DNA of 64,000 nt from Terriglobales bacterium. Lineage in GTDB: Bacteria > Acidobacteriota > Terriglobia > Terriglobales > Acidobacteriaceae. Every line of letters begins with the position of its first letter. Position 1 is the first letter of the stretch. Shown here piece after piece: positions 16,595 through 25,781 of the stretch. The position numbers were made by a program, and so were the translations under genes. Where the stretch lies: positions 45,915 to 109,914 of the forward strand of contig JBAVAQ010000023.1 of assembly GCA_049585795.1 (NCBI GenBank), in the 5' to 3' direction. Below the pieces are notes generated by a model. That model had not been told where the DNA came from and searched no databases. It saw only the letters and a list, made by a program, of their open reading frames with translations.

Positions 16595-17077
16595 TGTTCC
16601 TCTCCTCTGTCAGATTCCCACCACGCAATCTGTTGGAGGGAACTGTCGGCGTGCCATTTATACTGCTTGTTGTTAGTCACGCTTAGTTGAAGGGAAGGTC
16701 AAGGTCTAGCAGTACACTCCGTCTGCCCTTCCGTGGCAGAGAAGCAAACAATAAGCGTGATCGTCATTCGTTGATGCTGATAGACCAACTCTCAGTATTG
16801 TATGAGAGGGGAACCAGCGTCGAAAGATTACGGCGGTCACTGCAAGTCTGATTTCGTACAAGCCGTGGATCAGGAGGGAGGGCACCCGGCTCCCAACAAC
16901 CGCGTCTTCAGGCGAGGCGTTCCTCTTCAAGAAAGCAAACCATGACCTCGGTAACTAGGTCGCTCCCCGACATCGTGGTGGAATTCAGAATGGGGAGAAG
17001 TGTCATGTGGAGAATGATGATCCGCACCCCCTGTTCGCCTCTTTGGACTCAAGCTTTTTCGATCAAGGAGCACTGAC

Positions 17078-18328
17078 ATGGCATGCTTCTGCACAACCTG
17101 TGGGACGCCGCTAGTAGCCGATACTTCGCGCTTTTGCAACAAATGTGGGGCGACTGTTGCCGCGTCCCCGGACTCCTCCATCGCCATTCCCCCTCCGAGC
17201 GTTTCAAGACCGGGATGGAGCATCACGAAGGGGGTAGTCGTGGTTGCTGCTGCTGTAGGTCTGATGCTTCTGTTCATGATCGTGGTCGCGGCGTCCAAGC
17301 CGTCGCACTTGAGCTTTAGAGGTCTCCAAGCTGGACAATCCAGAGCCGAGGTTGAGGCAGTCCTTAAGAAGCAAAATCCAAATTCGTCGATGGTGTGCGA
17401 TGATCCCAGTTCTTCTCATGATTACGACTGTCACCGCGCCCTTACCCGCCCCGAAAAGACGGATGAGTGGATTGCCGCGACCAACTTTCACTTTTATAAC
17501 GGTAAGCTCACCGGATTTTACCTTTCCCTTAGAGGCGCTGGCTCCGAGGACTTGTTCTCCACACTTCGCGAGGAACTAACCCGAAGCAACCACAAGGACG
17601 GCACTCTCGAAGCAAATGGAGGCGGCGTGTTTGGTGAATTGGCGGCAAGCAATGGCATAAAGACGTTCACTTGGGGCACGGACCGAACCGTCGTGTGCTT
17701 CTCGGACCAAGAACGTGACGACTGTCCTGCCGAGAAGATTGAGCTAACCCGCATCTCTGAAGATTCGGCGGACGTCAAGTTCGAGGACAACTTCTCGGAA
17801 ACCGAAGGATGGGCCAAAAAGGACAAGAACCGACCAAAGCCCAAAATTGCCGGGAAGATGACGTTCATGGGCATTGAGGGCGGAGAGCCGCGCAGCCAAG
17901 TGGACGCAGCACTCCAAGGGCTTCACTATAGCCCCCTTGCCTGCAAACAGGAGCCTGATGAGGTCAAACTCACGTGCACGACCGTATCGCAAGGCCACCA
18001 GTTTGAGGCTCTGTGGTTTGTGCACGGTCGGCTATCGAGTCTCCGCTTCCGCTATCCGGAAAATGAGCGCGACGCGCTTTACCAAACGTTCGTAAAGGGT
18101 TTTGGCGAGCCGACGGACCACATTGGTAAAAAGGGAGCTGAAGTGCTGTTCGAATGGGACAGTGAGCGTACTGTGCCTACTTTGTTAGATAAAGAAAAAC
18201 AGTGTCCTGCCACATCGCTGATGCTTACCCCGCACGACGGAATAGTCGTCTTCAATTACATGCCGCTCGTCAAGGTTGGGATAAAGGATGACTCACAGCG
18301 GATGATCGAGGCCGCCCACCGGAACTAA
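17078..18328 (+). CDS. Zinc-ribbon, single-pass membrane protein with two repeated extracytoplasmic domains
   Basis: 416 aa with CTTCG...CNKCG, then TM VVVVAAAVGLMLLFMIVVAA. Two similar modules start at FRGLQAGQSRAEVEAVL and FMGIEGGEPRSQVDAAL. Confidence 0.55.
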   Translation: MACFCTTCGTPLVADTSRFCNKCGATVAASPDSSIAIPPPSVSRPGWSITKGVVVVAAAVGLMLLFMIVVAASKPSHLSFRGLQAGQSRAEVEAVLKKQNPNSSMVCDDPSSSHDYDCHRALTRPEKTDEWIAATNFHFYNGKLTGFYLSLRGAGSEDLFSTLREELTRSNHKDGTLEANGGGVFGELAASNGIKTFTWGTDRTVVCFSDQERDDCPAEKIELTRISEDSADVKFEDNFSETEGWAKKDKNRPKPKIAGKMTFMGIEGGEPRSQVDAALQGLHYSPLACKQEPDEVKLTCTTVSQGHQFEALWFVHGRLSSLRFRYPENERDALYQTFVKGFGEPTDHIGKKGAEVLFEWDSERTVPTLLDKEKQCPATSLMLTPHDGIVVFNYMPLVKVGIKDDSQRMIEAAHRN

Positions 18329-18331
18329 TGG

Positions 18332-19105
18332 TGACCTGCCCCCAGTTTTCGTTCACGTAAGAATACGACAACTTTCTGCTGCTCCATCGCCGGTTTGAGC
18401 CGGGATGGGGGAGCGCGAGGGGCAAGGGACGGCGTTTGAGTCCCTTGCCTCTCGCTCAGCTGTGTAGAAGTCTGCTGCTTGCGCCTCGGCAAACTCTTTC
18501 GGGGTTTTGTATCCCAAGCTGCTGTGTGGACGCTCTTCGTTGTAATCGATCCGCCACGCCGCGATCTTCCGCCGCGCGTCGAACAAGTTCTGAAACCAGC
18601 TCACTGTCAAGCACTCATCTCGCAGCCGTCCGTGGAAACTTTCGACGCGCGCGTTCTGCGTCGGCTTTCCCGGTTGAATGTGCAGCAACTCGATCTTTCG
18701 TTCCACGCACCACGCCAGAAAATGCCGGCTCGTCAGTTCCGGCCCGTTGTCGCAGCGAATTGCTTTCGGCTGTCCGCGCTCGGCCACGATTCCGTCCAGC
18801 ACCCGCGTGACTCTCCGGCTGGCAAAGCTCGTATCCACTTCCAAGGCTAAACACTCTCGCGTGTACGCATCCACTACGCTCAGCACCCGGATCGTTCGTC
18901 CACACTCCACCGCATCGTGCACAAAATCCAGCGCCCACTCCTGGTTCGCCGCAGTCCGCACCAGCAGCGGCTTGCCCTCGCGGACGCAATGCTTCCGCTT
19001 CTTCCGCCGAATCATCAACCCGGCCTCCCGATACACCCGATGCACCCGCTTATGGTTCACATGCTCTCCCGAGCGTCCCAACAACACATGCAGTCGCCGA
19101 TACCC
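18332..19105 (-). mobile_element. IS3-family (IS407-group) insertion-sequence remnant
   Basis: The terminal repeat TGACCTGCCCCC starts at 18332, right after the stop of the preceding gene. Only the 3' two-thirds of orfB is present. orfA, the frameshift site and the other IR are missing. Confidence 0.7.
18353..19087 (-). pseudogene. IS3-family transposase OrfB fragment (DDE/rve core)
   Basis: VNHKRVHRVYREAGL, NQEWALDFVHD, IRCDNGPELTS and YNEERPHSSLGYKTPKEF. The N-terminal region is absent. Confidence 0.8.
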
Positions 19106-19115
19106 GAAGCGCGGC

Positions 19116-19460
19116 TTGCTTGGCCTTCCCCGTCCGCGCCCACTCGTAGAAACCGTCCGCGGGGACCAGGCACCTGCGGAATCTCAGCGCGTCGCGGAAC
19201 GCGGGTTTTGTGGTTGCCGTCTCCGATCTTGCGTTAATCATCTGGGCGGCGACAGATGAATCTTTCGCCCATGACGGGATGAGGCCCCACTTCATCAGCG
19301 AAAGTTGCCTGACCGGCTCCTTTGGGTGCTGGCGGACGACGAGGACGGGCTGGGTAGGCGCGATGTTGTACCGCGGGCCCCAGTCTTCTTCGCCTGAGAC
19401 GGCGTCGAAGTGCTCCTCCACAAGTTGCTTCCGCCGCGACAGTCTGTAGCGCCCGCACAT
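19116..19460 (-). pseudogene. SOS-response-associated peptidase (SRAP/YedK) gene truncated at about residue 115
   Basis: MCGRY start (Cys2), YNIAPTQ, WGLIPSW, INARSET and PADGFYEW. Homology stops at GKAKQ, where the sequence runs into the IS remnant. Confidence 0.75.
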
Positions 19461-19570
19461 GGAGGAGATTATGGCAGATTGGGTGGCCGCGTCGCTCGCC
19501 ACTTGCAGGGGGTCCGAGAAATGCGGGAGAATTCACCCTCGCTCATTCCACCGATCGCGATGGGGAGAAC

Positions 19571-19870
19571 ATGCGAGTCAGTTACGATCGGATAACGACG
19601 ACAATCGAACGCGAGTGGCTGGCCCAGATCATCGCGGGCACCAAGAAGATCGAGTATCGCCAGATCAAGCCCTACGGGACGCAGCGGTTCGAGAAGGTTT
19701 CGGTGCCCTTTGAACTGCGCCTCCTCAACGGCATGAATCCTCCAGTCCCCGAAGTGACTGTGCTGATCCACAGGATCACCAAGGACCGCCGTGCTGGCAA
19801 CTACAGGTTGCACATCAAGAAGGTTCTAGGGTTCAAGCATTGGGACAAGCGGCGGCAGAAACCCAGATGA
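19571..19870 (+). CDS. ASCH (PUA-like) domain protein
   Basis: 99 aa. EREWLAQIIAGTKKIEYRQIKPYGTQRF matches the ASCH pattern (..G.K..EyR.ikpYw..R). ATGA overlap with the next gene. Confidence 0.55.
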   Translation: MRVSYDRITTTIEREWLAQIIAGTKKIEYRQIKPYGTQRFEKVSVPFELRLLNGMNPPVPEVTVLIHRITKDRRAGNYRLHIKKVLGFKHWDKRRQKPR

Positions 19871-20412
19871 ATGAGACGGAGAGTGTGGAGAGGCTTGTGT
19901 TGGGGCCCAAATGCACCGCGGCTCAGTCGCTCTCGCGTGTCCCCACGAGTCCCGGCTATTACACGATCTTCATTCACGACGGTGGTGCCTTGCCAAGTCC
20001 CTATTGTGACCTGCTGCGAGAGAGGGATACGCGCCTTATCTACGTCGGCATCGCGACGGTTTCCCTGTACGGCCGCCTGGTGGAACAGGACCTCCAGCAT
20101 CGAAGAGCGTCGAGCTTCTTCCGGGGAATAGGCTCAGTTCTCGGCTATCGACCTCCGCCGGGTTCCCTCGTCGGAAGGGCGAACCAGAACAACTACAGGT
20201 TCAGCGCGGCAGACACAACTGAGATCATCGAATGGATCAGCGGGCACCTATCAGTGGACTGGGCCGAGGCTGATCCGGCGCTTGAGACAACGGAGGCGTC
20301 GTTGATCCGAGCATATCGGCCTATCCTCAATACGAAGTACAATCCAGCCCCCGTTTCACTGCTGGCTGCTCTCCGGAACGAATGCCGAAGGCTCGCAGGG
20401 GCGGCTGGTTGA
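19867..20412 (+). CDS. GIY-YIG nuclease family protein
   Basis: GYYTIF...LIYVGIA...LYGRL, SSFFRGIGSVLG, and E..LIRAYRPILN (catalytic Glu/Asn region). Start taken at the ATG at 19867, which overlaps the ASCH stop. Confidence 0.6.
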   Translation: MNETESVERLVLGPKCTAAQSLSRVPTSPGYYTIFIHDGGALPSPYCDLLRERDTRLIYVGIATVSLYGRLVEQDLQHRRASSFFRGIGSVLGYRPPPGSLVGRANQNNYRFSAADTTEIIEWISGHLSVDWAEADPALETTEASLIRAYRPILNTKYNPAPVSLLAALRNECRRLAGAAG

Positions 20413-20694
20413 GCGAAGGGCAGCTCACGACGGAGATGGTTGAATCTCAATGACGTTTACGCTCGGAGATCGCGTCCTGGAGTTTTTGCCGATCCCAAGC
20501 AAGTTCACCGACTGCGTGCCCGATGTTGAGCGATGAGGACATCGGCCTTACCGAAGCGGCGCTCATCGCCAAAGAGAATCCGGACTGGAACATTCAGCTG
20601 AAGACGTATCCCAAATAGGATCGTCTAACCGGCGATTGCAAGGTTGTGATGCGTCCCGGACCCTGATGCAGCAGTTTGGGATATCGACCCCCTA

Positions 20695-20868
20695 TCAGGC
20701 AGCGTTGGCGTCCTCAATAGAATCTGATTCCTTTGATTGGGGCTCGCCCTTATTGCGATCCCGCGATTCGTCGCCAATCGGGTCAAGGCTCCTCTTCCAT
20801 TTGGGCCATGCATCGACTTCTGCGCCTGCTTGTCTAAGAACGTCATCCAGTTCCTTCGATACCTTCAT
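20695..20868 (-). CDS. 57-aa charged micro-ORF coupled to the dCTP deaminase gene (not in the ORF track)
   Basis: ATG at 20868 overlaps the deaminase TGA (ATGA at 20865-20868). Translates to MKVSKELDDVLRQAGAEVDAWPKWKRSLDPIGDESRDRNKGEPQSKESDSIEDANAA. Confidence 0.35.
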   Translation of the reverse strand: MKVSKELDDVLRQAGAEVDAWPKWKRSLDPIGDESRDRNKGEPQSKESDSIEDANAA

Positions 20869-22409
20869 GATTTCCCCTTTTTCTTCTGCTTAGATTTTAG
20901 ATTCAAGTTCTTTTTCTTGAGTTTGTCCCTCAAAAGGCTCAGGTCTTCTTTTTCGTATTCCAAATACGACCAGAACGAACCCGACACTCTAGGATTCGCG
21001 GTCTCCGCAACCCACTCGATGACCTCCCCGTTCTTCGCCTTTCGGACTGGCATCGCAAAAATATCAGAGAAATTCCTAGGAGCAACTCCCAGGAATGGGA
21101 CAAAGGGAATTTTGTCCGCGTCGGCGTCCGTGTCGAGCTGGATTGCATTCGAATGAAGTTCTAATGCTAAGCTCTTCGCATAGGGTTCGATATACACCAC
21201 TCGCGCGATCCCTGCTGCGATAATGTTCCGAGCACACTCATGACAAGGGAAGGTAGTGATATACATAGTGCAACCCCGCACAGGCACTCCCCTCGATGCC
21301 GCATCCATGAGAGCGCCCATCTCAGCGTGAACTGCCCTAATGAATTCGATGAGCTGCATGTATCTAGTGTGCTTTGTCAGCGGAGCAATCGTGGCACTTT
21401 TCTCAGGCGTGGAAAGACGCCTAAAGTCCTTTGACAAAAATCCCTTATCTGAAAGTACCTGCAGTAGCTCGCCTAAGTTTGTATCCTTGGAGTAATCGGA
21501 ACTGTCGAAACCTCGACTCCAATCTCTACCGTCATTCTGATCACCGTCCCAGTAGTAGCCCCCTCTTGCCTTGGGCACTTCGTTCGTCCCCACGGCGATG
21601 ATGTTGTGCCATTGATCCGCAATGGCAGCTCCTACTTGCCTGCCCATCTCGGCTGAACGCACTGCAGCCATGTGAGCGTGCGCCATGGCCATCTCATCTG
21701 GAGTTGGAGTGACAACTGGCTTTCCGAAAAGCAAGTTCAGAAAGCGTTCCAGGTCGCGTGTGATCGCCTGAGGATCGGAAGAGTCAAGAAAAAAATCCGC
21801 CATCCCAAACGCGGACCTCAATCTCTGTCCGTGGCTCTTCCTTTCGTCGGATTCGTCCCTTAAGACCAGTTCTTCCGCCTTGTCGCGAAATTGATCGTGC
21901 TGGGCAGAGAAATGAGACTTTGCAATTCGCTTAGCGAGGTCTTCGACTCTCCGCTCGCGGGGCGAATGAACGCCGATGACGACTAGATTGGAACCATATA
22001 TCCTCCGGAGTGCGGTAACTTCCTCCGGTCGTTTCAAAGAGCGAAACACATACGCTTGACGGGGCACTGTTTTGCCATGCTCCGGCGGTGGGTTTCTATT
22101 TCGAAATCGCACGACGGCAGACAGCGAAAGAAGTGCTAAAGCGTCGTCGCGCCCCATCTTTTCACGGAAGTTATCGCCCGCGTCCATCCGCATCTTGCTC
22201 TTCTCATACTCAGACACAGGTTCTTTTCTGAGATAAGTATCGAACTGCTTCAGTTGCTCAATCACTCGAATCGGCTCGACACTGTAGTCGAAAACCTTGA
22301 GCACCTCGACCAGTCCGTCACAAACTCCACTCACGTTCGCCCCAACTGGGGCCACAATGGCAAAAAAGAGCTCTGGGGAATGGTGGCGGATGAGGCTAAT
22401 CGGAAACAT
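20865..22409 (-). CDS. Anti-phage dCTP deaminase-type protein (N-terminal kinase-like domain + C-terminal CMP/dCMP zinc deaminase)
   Basis: 514 aa. The C-terminus has HAEMGAL (HxE) and FPCHECARNI (PCxxC). The N-terminal ~200 aa begin FFAIVAPVGANVS, as in the kinase-like domain of this family. The segment is visibly AT-richer than its flanks. Confidence 0.7.
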   Translation of the reverse strand: MFPISLIRHHSPELFFAIVAPVGANVSGVCDGLVEVLKVFDYSVEPIRVIEQLKQFDTYLRKEPVSEYEKSKMRMDAGDNFREKMGRDDALALLSLSAVVRFRNRNPPPEHGKTVPRQAYVFRSLKRPEEVTALRRIYGSNLVVIGVHSPRERRVEDLAKRIAKSHFSAQHDQFRDKAEELVLRDESDERKSHGQRLRSAFGMADFFLDSSDPQAITRDLERFLNLLFGKPVVTPTPDEMAMAHAHMAAVRSAEMGRQVGAAIADQWHNIIAVGTNEVPKARGGYYWDGDQNDGRDWSRGFDSSDYSKDTNLGELLQVLSDKGFLSKDFRRLSTPEKSATIAPLTKHTRYMQLIEFIRAVHAEMGALMDAASRGVPVRGCTMYITTFPCHECARNIIAAGIARVVYIEPYAKSLALELHSNAIQLDTDADADKIPFVPFLGVAPRNFSDIFAMPVRKAKNGEVIEWVAETANPRVSGSFWSYLEYEKEDLSLLRDKLKKKNLNLKSKQKKKGKS

Positions 22410-22729
22410 GGCTCAGAGGTTGCCTACGCCGAGACAGGCTGAACAAGAAACACTAAACACTCGTGCGAGCGAGAGGCTAAGAGTGCTTCGCGCAAGCTAA
22501 GAATATTCAGGCGGTCCTGTGAGTCGCCTCGTATAGAAGGCAGATGATATCACCAGAGCAGTCTTGACCTTAGCTCAAGTTTTCCGCGGCTGGAAGCATT
22601 CTGTGGAAAAGACGTCCCGATTTGATAAACAAGTCTTGCGGCGAAGCGCGATGCAAAACTATAGGACTTCGTCGACGGCCGCAGCGGCATCACGCGTTGT
22701 CCCCGGCGGGGCGAAGCACGTGATCCGGT

Positions 22730-23137
22730 TCAGGACCAGGAGGTAAGAGCCCTCTGCGCCTCGCGCGCCAGGCTGGGCCAGCCCTTTTGCTGCCTCTCCG
22801 TCGCGCCGCTCTCCTTGCCGTCGCCCGCCTTGGGCGTGGACCACGGGGCGGGCTTAAAAGTCCGCGGAGAGGGCGGCGGGAGCAGCGCGTCGCACTCCGC
22901 GCACACATAGTCCGGGTCGCGCCCGTCCGGCCAGATAGTCCGGGCCTGGTCCAGGAGCCGCTGGTTCACCGCCGCATCCAACCTGTCGACGGCTCCGCAC
23001 ACTGCACACTGATTTTCAACCATGAAAGCCTCCGAGTGATTGATACTGCGTTTCTCGTCGGCTGGAGGAATATGGGCAGGATGAGTCCCCAAAACCGCGT
23101 CGTTGCCGAACTGGCGGAGAGGAGGGATTGGAGTCAT
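22730..23137 (-). CDS. Hypothetical Cys-pair (zinc-ribbon-like) protein
   Basis: 135 aa with CAVCG...x44...CAEC. ATGA overlap with the upstream gene at 23134-23137. Confidence 0.45.
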   Translation of the reverse strand: MTPIPPLRQFGNDAVLGTHPAHIPPADEKRSINHSEAFMVENQCAVCGAVDRLDAAVNQRLLDQARTIWPDGRDPDYVCAECDALLPPPSPRTFKPAPWSTPKAGDGKESGATERQQKGWPSLAREAQRALTSWS

Positions 23138-24294
23138 AGCTCCTCCCGCGCGGCCGCCCTGGGCAGGTGGTCGTCGTCGAAGTCCTTGTAGCCGGACAGG
23201 TCGTCCTCCTCGGGCTCGTCGAAGTCGTCGAACGTCTGGTAGTCCACGTTCGGCCGCTTGCGCGGCGGCCCGTCGAACGCCTCCGTGCCCGCGGGCGCGA
23301 GGGGCAGGTAGGTGTCCTCCAGCTCGCCGTAGCGGAAGCCGGGGCAGTCGTGGTGCTCCTGCGGGGGGAGTATGTTCTTGCAGCGGCGGCAGAGGGGCAG
23401 CCTACCCCCGAGCCAGTTGCCCTGCTTGTCCACGCAGCCCCTGAACAGCTCCTCGTAGCAGCGCCAGTTGGGCAGGGGCTTCTTCTCGCCTTTGGTGACC
23501 TGGCCCTCCGGGCGGTTCCGGTCTGCCCAGGAACCTTTGGAGGGTTCGATGTTCTTCTTCACGTCGACAGGCGCAGCCGCGCCTAGCTCCGGCGCAGCCG
23601 GGACTAGCTGACGGCCGTCCTGCGGAAACGGACTGAAAGGCAACCCCCTAGAATCAACCCCCTTCACGGTCATCTCAGCCGTGGCTGGTGTCTGAGATGT
23701 CCTATGGCTTAACGGCTCAGATGACCTATGGTCCACGGCTGAGATGTCCTGTGGCGGCGGCTGAGACGTCCTATGGCACTCAGAATTTTCAGCGGGGCTT
23801 GAGTGTTCCTTTAGCGGCTGGTTTCCCTTCGAGAACGACCCCTTGTTGGCCTTGTACTCCCTGGAGCTCCGCTTCGGGCGCGGCGCTTCCTTATCGTCCG
23901 GCCGCTTGTGAGCTTGGACCACGTCCTCGTTCACGTGGTACTCGCAGTGGGGGCGGCCGTTGCTGTCCGTCCACTCGCGCACCGTGATGGCACCGTCCTT
24001 CTCCATCCTGGCTATGTCCCGCCTGAGCTGGCGCTCGGACCCGCCCACGCGCCTGGCCAAGTAGGCCTGCGAGGCGTAGCACCAGCCCACGTAGTCGTCC
24101 TTCCACGGGCTATCCTTGGGGTAGTTGGGGTTCTCCTTGGTGGCCTGCATAAACGCTATCGTGCTCAGCACGGCTCGTAGCCCCCTGTTCCAGTCGTAGA
24201 GGTCGGACTGCTGCACCTGGATGAAGTCGGAGGAGGAGACCGCATTCCGGGCCTTCCGTATCCTGTCGAGCCTGTCTTGGAGTTCCTTACGCAT
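23134..24294 (-). CDS. Mobile-element replication/winged-helix protein (hypothetical)
   Basis: Start chosen at MRKELQDRL. The wHTH-like segment YASQAYLARRVGGSERQLRRDIARMEKDGAITV resembles DnaD/phage replication-initiator N-termini. Cys-rich C-terminus CYEELFRGC...CRRC...HHDC. Confidence 0.45.
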   Translation of the reverse strand: MRKELQDRLDRIRKARNAVSSSDFIQVQQSDLYDWNRGLRAVLSTIAFMQATKENPNYPKDSPWKDDYVGWCYASQAYLARRVGGSERQLRRDIARMEKDGAITVREWTDSNGRPHCEYHVNEDVVQAHKRPDDKEAPRPKRSSREYKANKGSFSKGNQPLKEHSSPAENSECHRTSQPPPQDISAVDHRSSEPLSHRTSQTPATAEMTVKGVDSRGLPFSPFPQDGRQLVPAAPELGAAAPVDVKKNIEPSKGSWADRNRPEGQVTKGEKKPLPNWRCYEELFRGCVDKQGNWLGGRLPLCRRCKNILPPQEHHDCPGFRYGELEDTYLPLAPAGTEAFDGPPRKRPNVDYQTFDDFDEPEEDDLSGYKDFDDDHLPRAAAREEL

Positions 24295-24502
24295 TGGTCT
24301 GCCCCGCCTTCTTCCCCGTGCTGTACCCACCCCCGGCGTTCAGCCTCTTCGGCAGCTTCATCTCGCGCCGCCACCTCACCGCGGTGACCCTGTGAATCCC
24401 GAGCGCCTCGGCGATCTTGGCGTAGCTGGCCCCTTGCGCGAAGGCCTCGGCGAACAGATGCCGCTTCAGCGCCTCGGGCTTTCTTCCTCCTGCGTGCTTC
24501 AT
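24287..24502 (-). CDS. Small HTH DNA-binding protein
   Basis: 71 aa with HTH ASYAKIAEALGIHRVTAVRWRREM. Confidence 0.6.
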   Translation of the reverse strand: MKHAGGRKPEALKRHLFAEAFAQGASYAKIAEALGIHRVTAVRWRREMKLPKRLNAGGGYSTGKKAGQTNA

Positions 24503-24791
24503 TTGTGTCTCCTAGTAGCGGTTGCTCCGCTATCTAGGGTCCAGATAGTTGCGAAACGCGCTCGTCAACGATCCGGCGAATTCCTCATAGGGATTTAAGG
24601 AGATTATTTTTGTCAGTGTTATAGGGAAAACGATGACCTCCAACGAGCGATCGCTGTCGGACTAGGGATGCCTCTGGGGACGGGGCCCTGGCTTCCTTCT
24701 TGCTTCCGAAAGTCAAAGGCCCGATGATTCCCGGGCCACCTCGGGGATCTTGAAAGCCTTGGCAAGCTTTGACCACATCCGTTTTGTTGAG

Positions 24792-25781
24792 CTATTTTGT
24801 GCGGTCTTTCTTCTTCCCCTTGTTTTCTTGGCGTTCCTTTTCAATTGACTTGAGCAGGCCATGGGCTTCCTGTTCGTAGGGATCGTCCTTGAACGCGGGA
24901 TTTTCCAGGTGCGCACCCTCGGCAAAGAAGTGGTCCACGCCGCGTTTCATTGATCTGCCGCGGCTGGTGTGCTTATCAAGCGCGTGGTCCGGCACCTCAA
25001 GTTTCCCCTTGCCATGGTAGGTGACATTCAGCAGATGATCCACCATCCTGCTTTTCCTGGCGCGGCACACAACCATCGCGGCGTGAACCAGGAACAGCCT
25101 CTTCGCGCTGCCTTCCTCGGTCGCGTCATCGGCCTTGCCGGGGAACGTCCGCCAATTCTCGTAGAGCGCACGCACGTCGGCCGCAACGCCGCGTTCCGCA
25201 ACGCCAATGTCCTCGCTGGCGGTTATCAGGATTCGGTTCCACGCTGAGCCGGGGAAGCCTGCCTGGTCCAATTCCTTGCACCAGTACGCCGCTTGTCTCT
25301 CGTCCCCGCGCCGGATCGCCTTGTGCAGGGCTGAGACGGCTTCGTCCGTCGGATGATCGTCCAGCGTGGTTGCGCGTCTGAAGTCCGGCTTCACAGTTTC
25401 CGGCCTGGTGCCTGCGTCAATTGCCGCCTTGAGCAGTCGTTTCTGTGCGCGGGATTTCCAAGACCGCACGGTGCCGTAAATGAGACCAATGGACCTGAAA
25501 TACGCTTCCACGGTCGGGCAGTCGTTCATTCGGTACTGCACGCCTTTGCCCGGCTGCTTGTAGCGGCGGATTGCCTCGTCCAGAGCGGGCAGGAGCTGCT
25601 CGTGGGCGTGAGACTCGGACTCGTTCTGTGCTGCCTCAAAGGCCTTTTTTGCTTCAAGGATCGCGGCGTGCAACGCTTCCGGCGTGTGGCTGCTGTAGGC
25701 CGTAGGTGCGGGCGCCTCTGTTGCTGGTAGCTCCGTTGCAGCTGCAACAGAGGTTTGGTTTGCCTGTTTTGCTTTTGCCAT
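24792..25781 (-). CDS. Protein with an MgsA/RarA C-terminal-like domain and no AAA+ module
   Basis: Start set at MAKAKQ (ATG at 25781). VSALHKAIRRGDERQAAYWCKELDQAGF...ILITASEDIGVAE parallels RarA ...SIRGSDPDAALYWLARM...RRL...ASEDIG.A. Confidence 0.5.
   Translation of the reverse strand: MAKAKQANQTSVAAATELPATEAPAPTAYSSHTPEALHAAILEAKKAFEAAQNESESHAHEQLLPALDEAIRRYKQPGKGVQYRMNDCPTVEAYFRSIGLIYGTVRSWKSRAQKRLLKAAIDAGTRPETVKPDFRRATTLDDHPTDEAVSALHKAIRRGDERQAAYWCKELDQAGFPGSAWNRILITASEDIGVAERGVAADVRALYENWRTFPGKADDATEEGSAKRLFLVHAAMVVCRARKSRMVDHLLNVTYHGKGKLEVPDHALDKHTSRGRSMKRGVDHFFAEGAHLENPAFKDDPYEQEAHGLLKSIEKERQENKGKKKDRTK

Noticed and set aside
16706-17298. Minus-strand ORFs 16706-16930 and 16927-17298
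   Set aside because: They have no motifs, and the second overlaps the start of the zinc-ribbon membrane protein gene on the opposite strand.
20440-20620. Two tiny + strand ORFs (MTFTLGDRVLEFLPIPSKFTDCVPDVER and MLSDEDIGLTEAALIAKENPDWNIQLKTYPK) that might be a frameshifted gene remnant
   Set aside because: They are too short, have no recognisable motif, and I cannot test them for homology here.
20625-20846. 73-aa minus-strand ORF downstream of the deaminase gene
   Set aside because: Its composition is odd and it lacks a start context. The overlapping 57-aa frame at 20695-20868 has the ATGA coupling and a more protein-like sequence.
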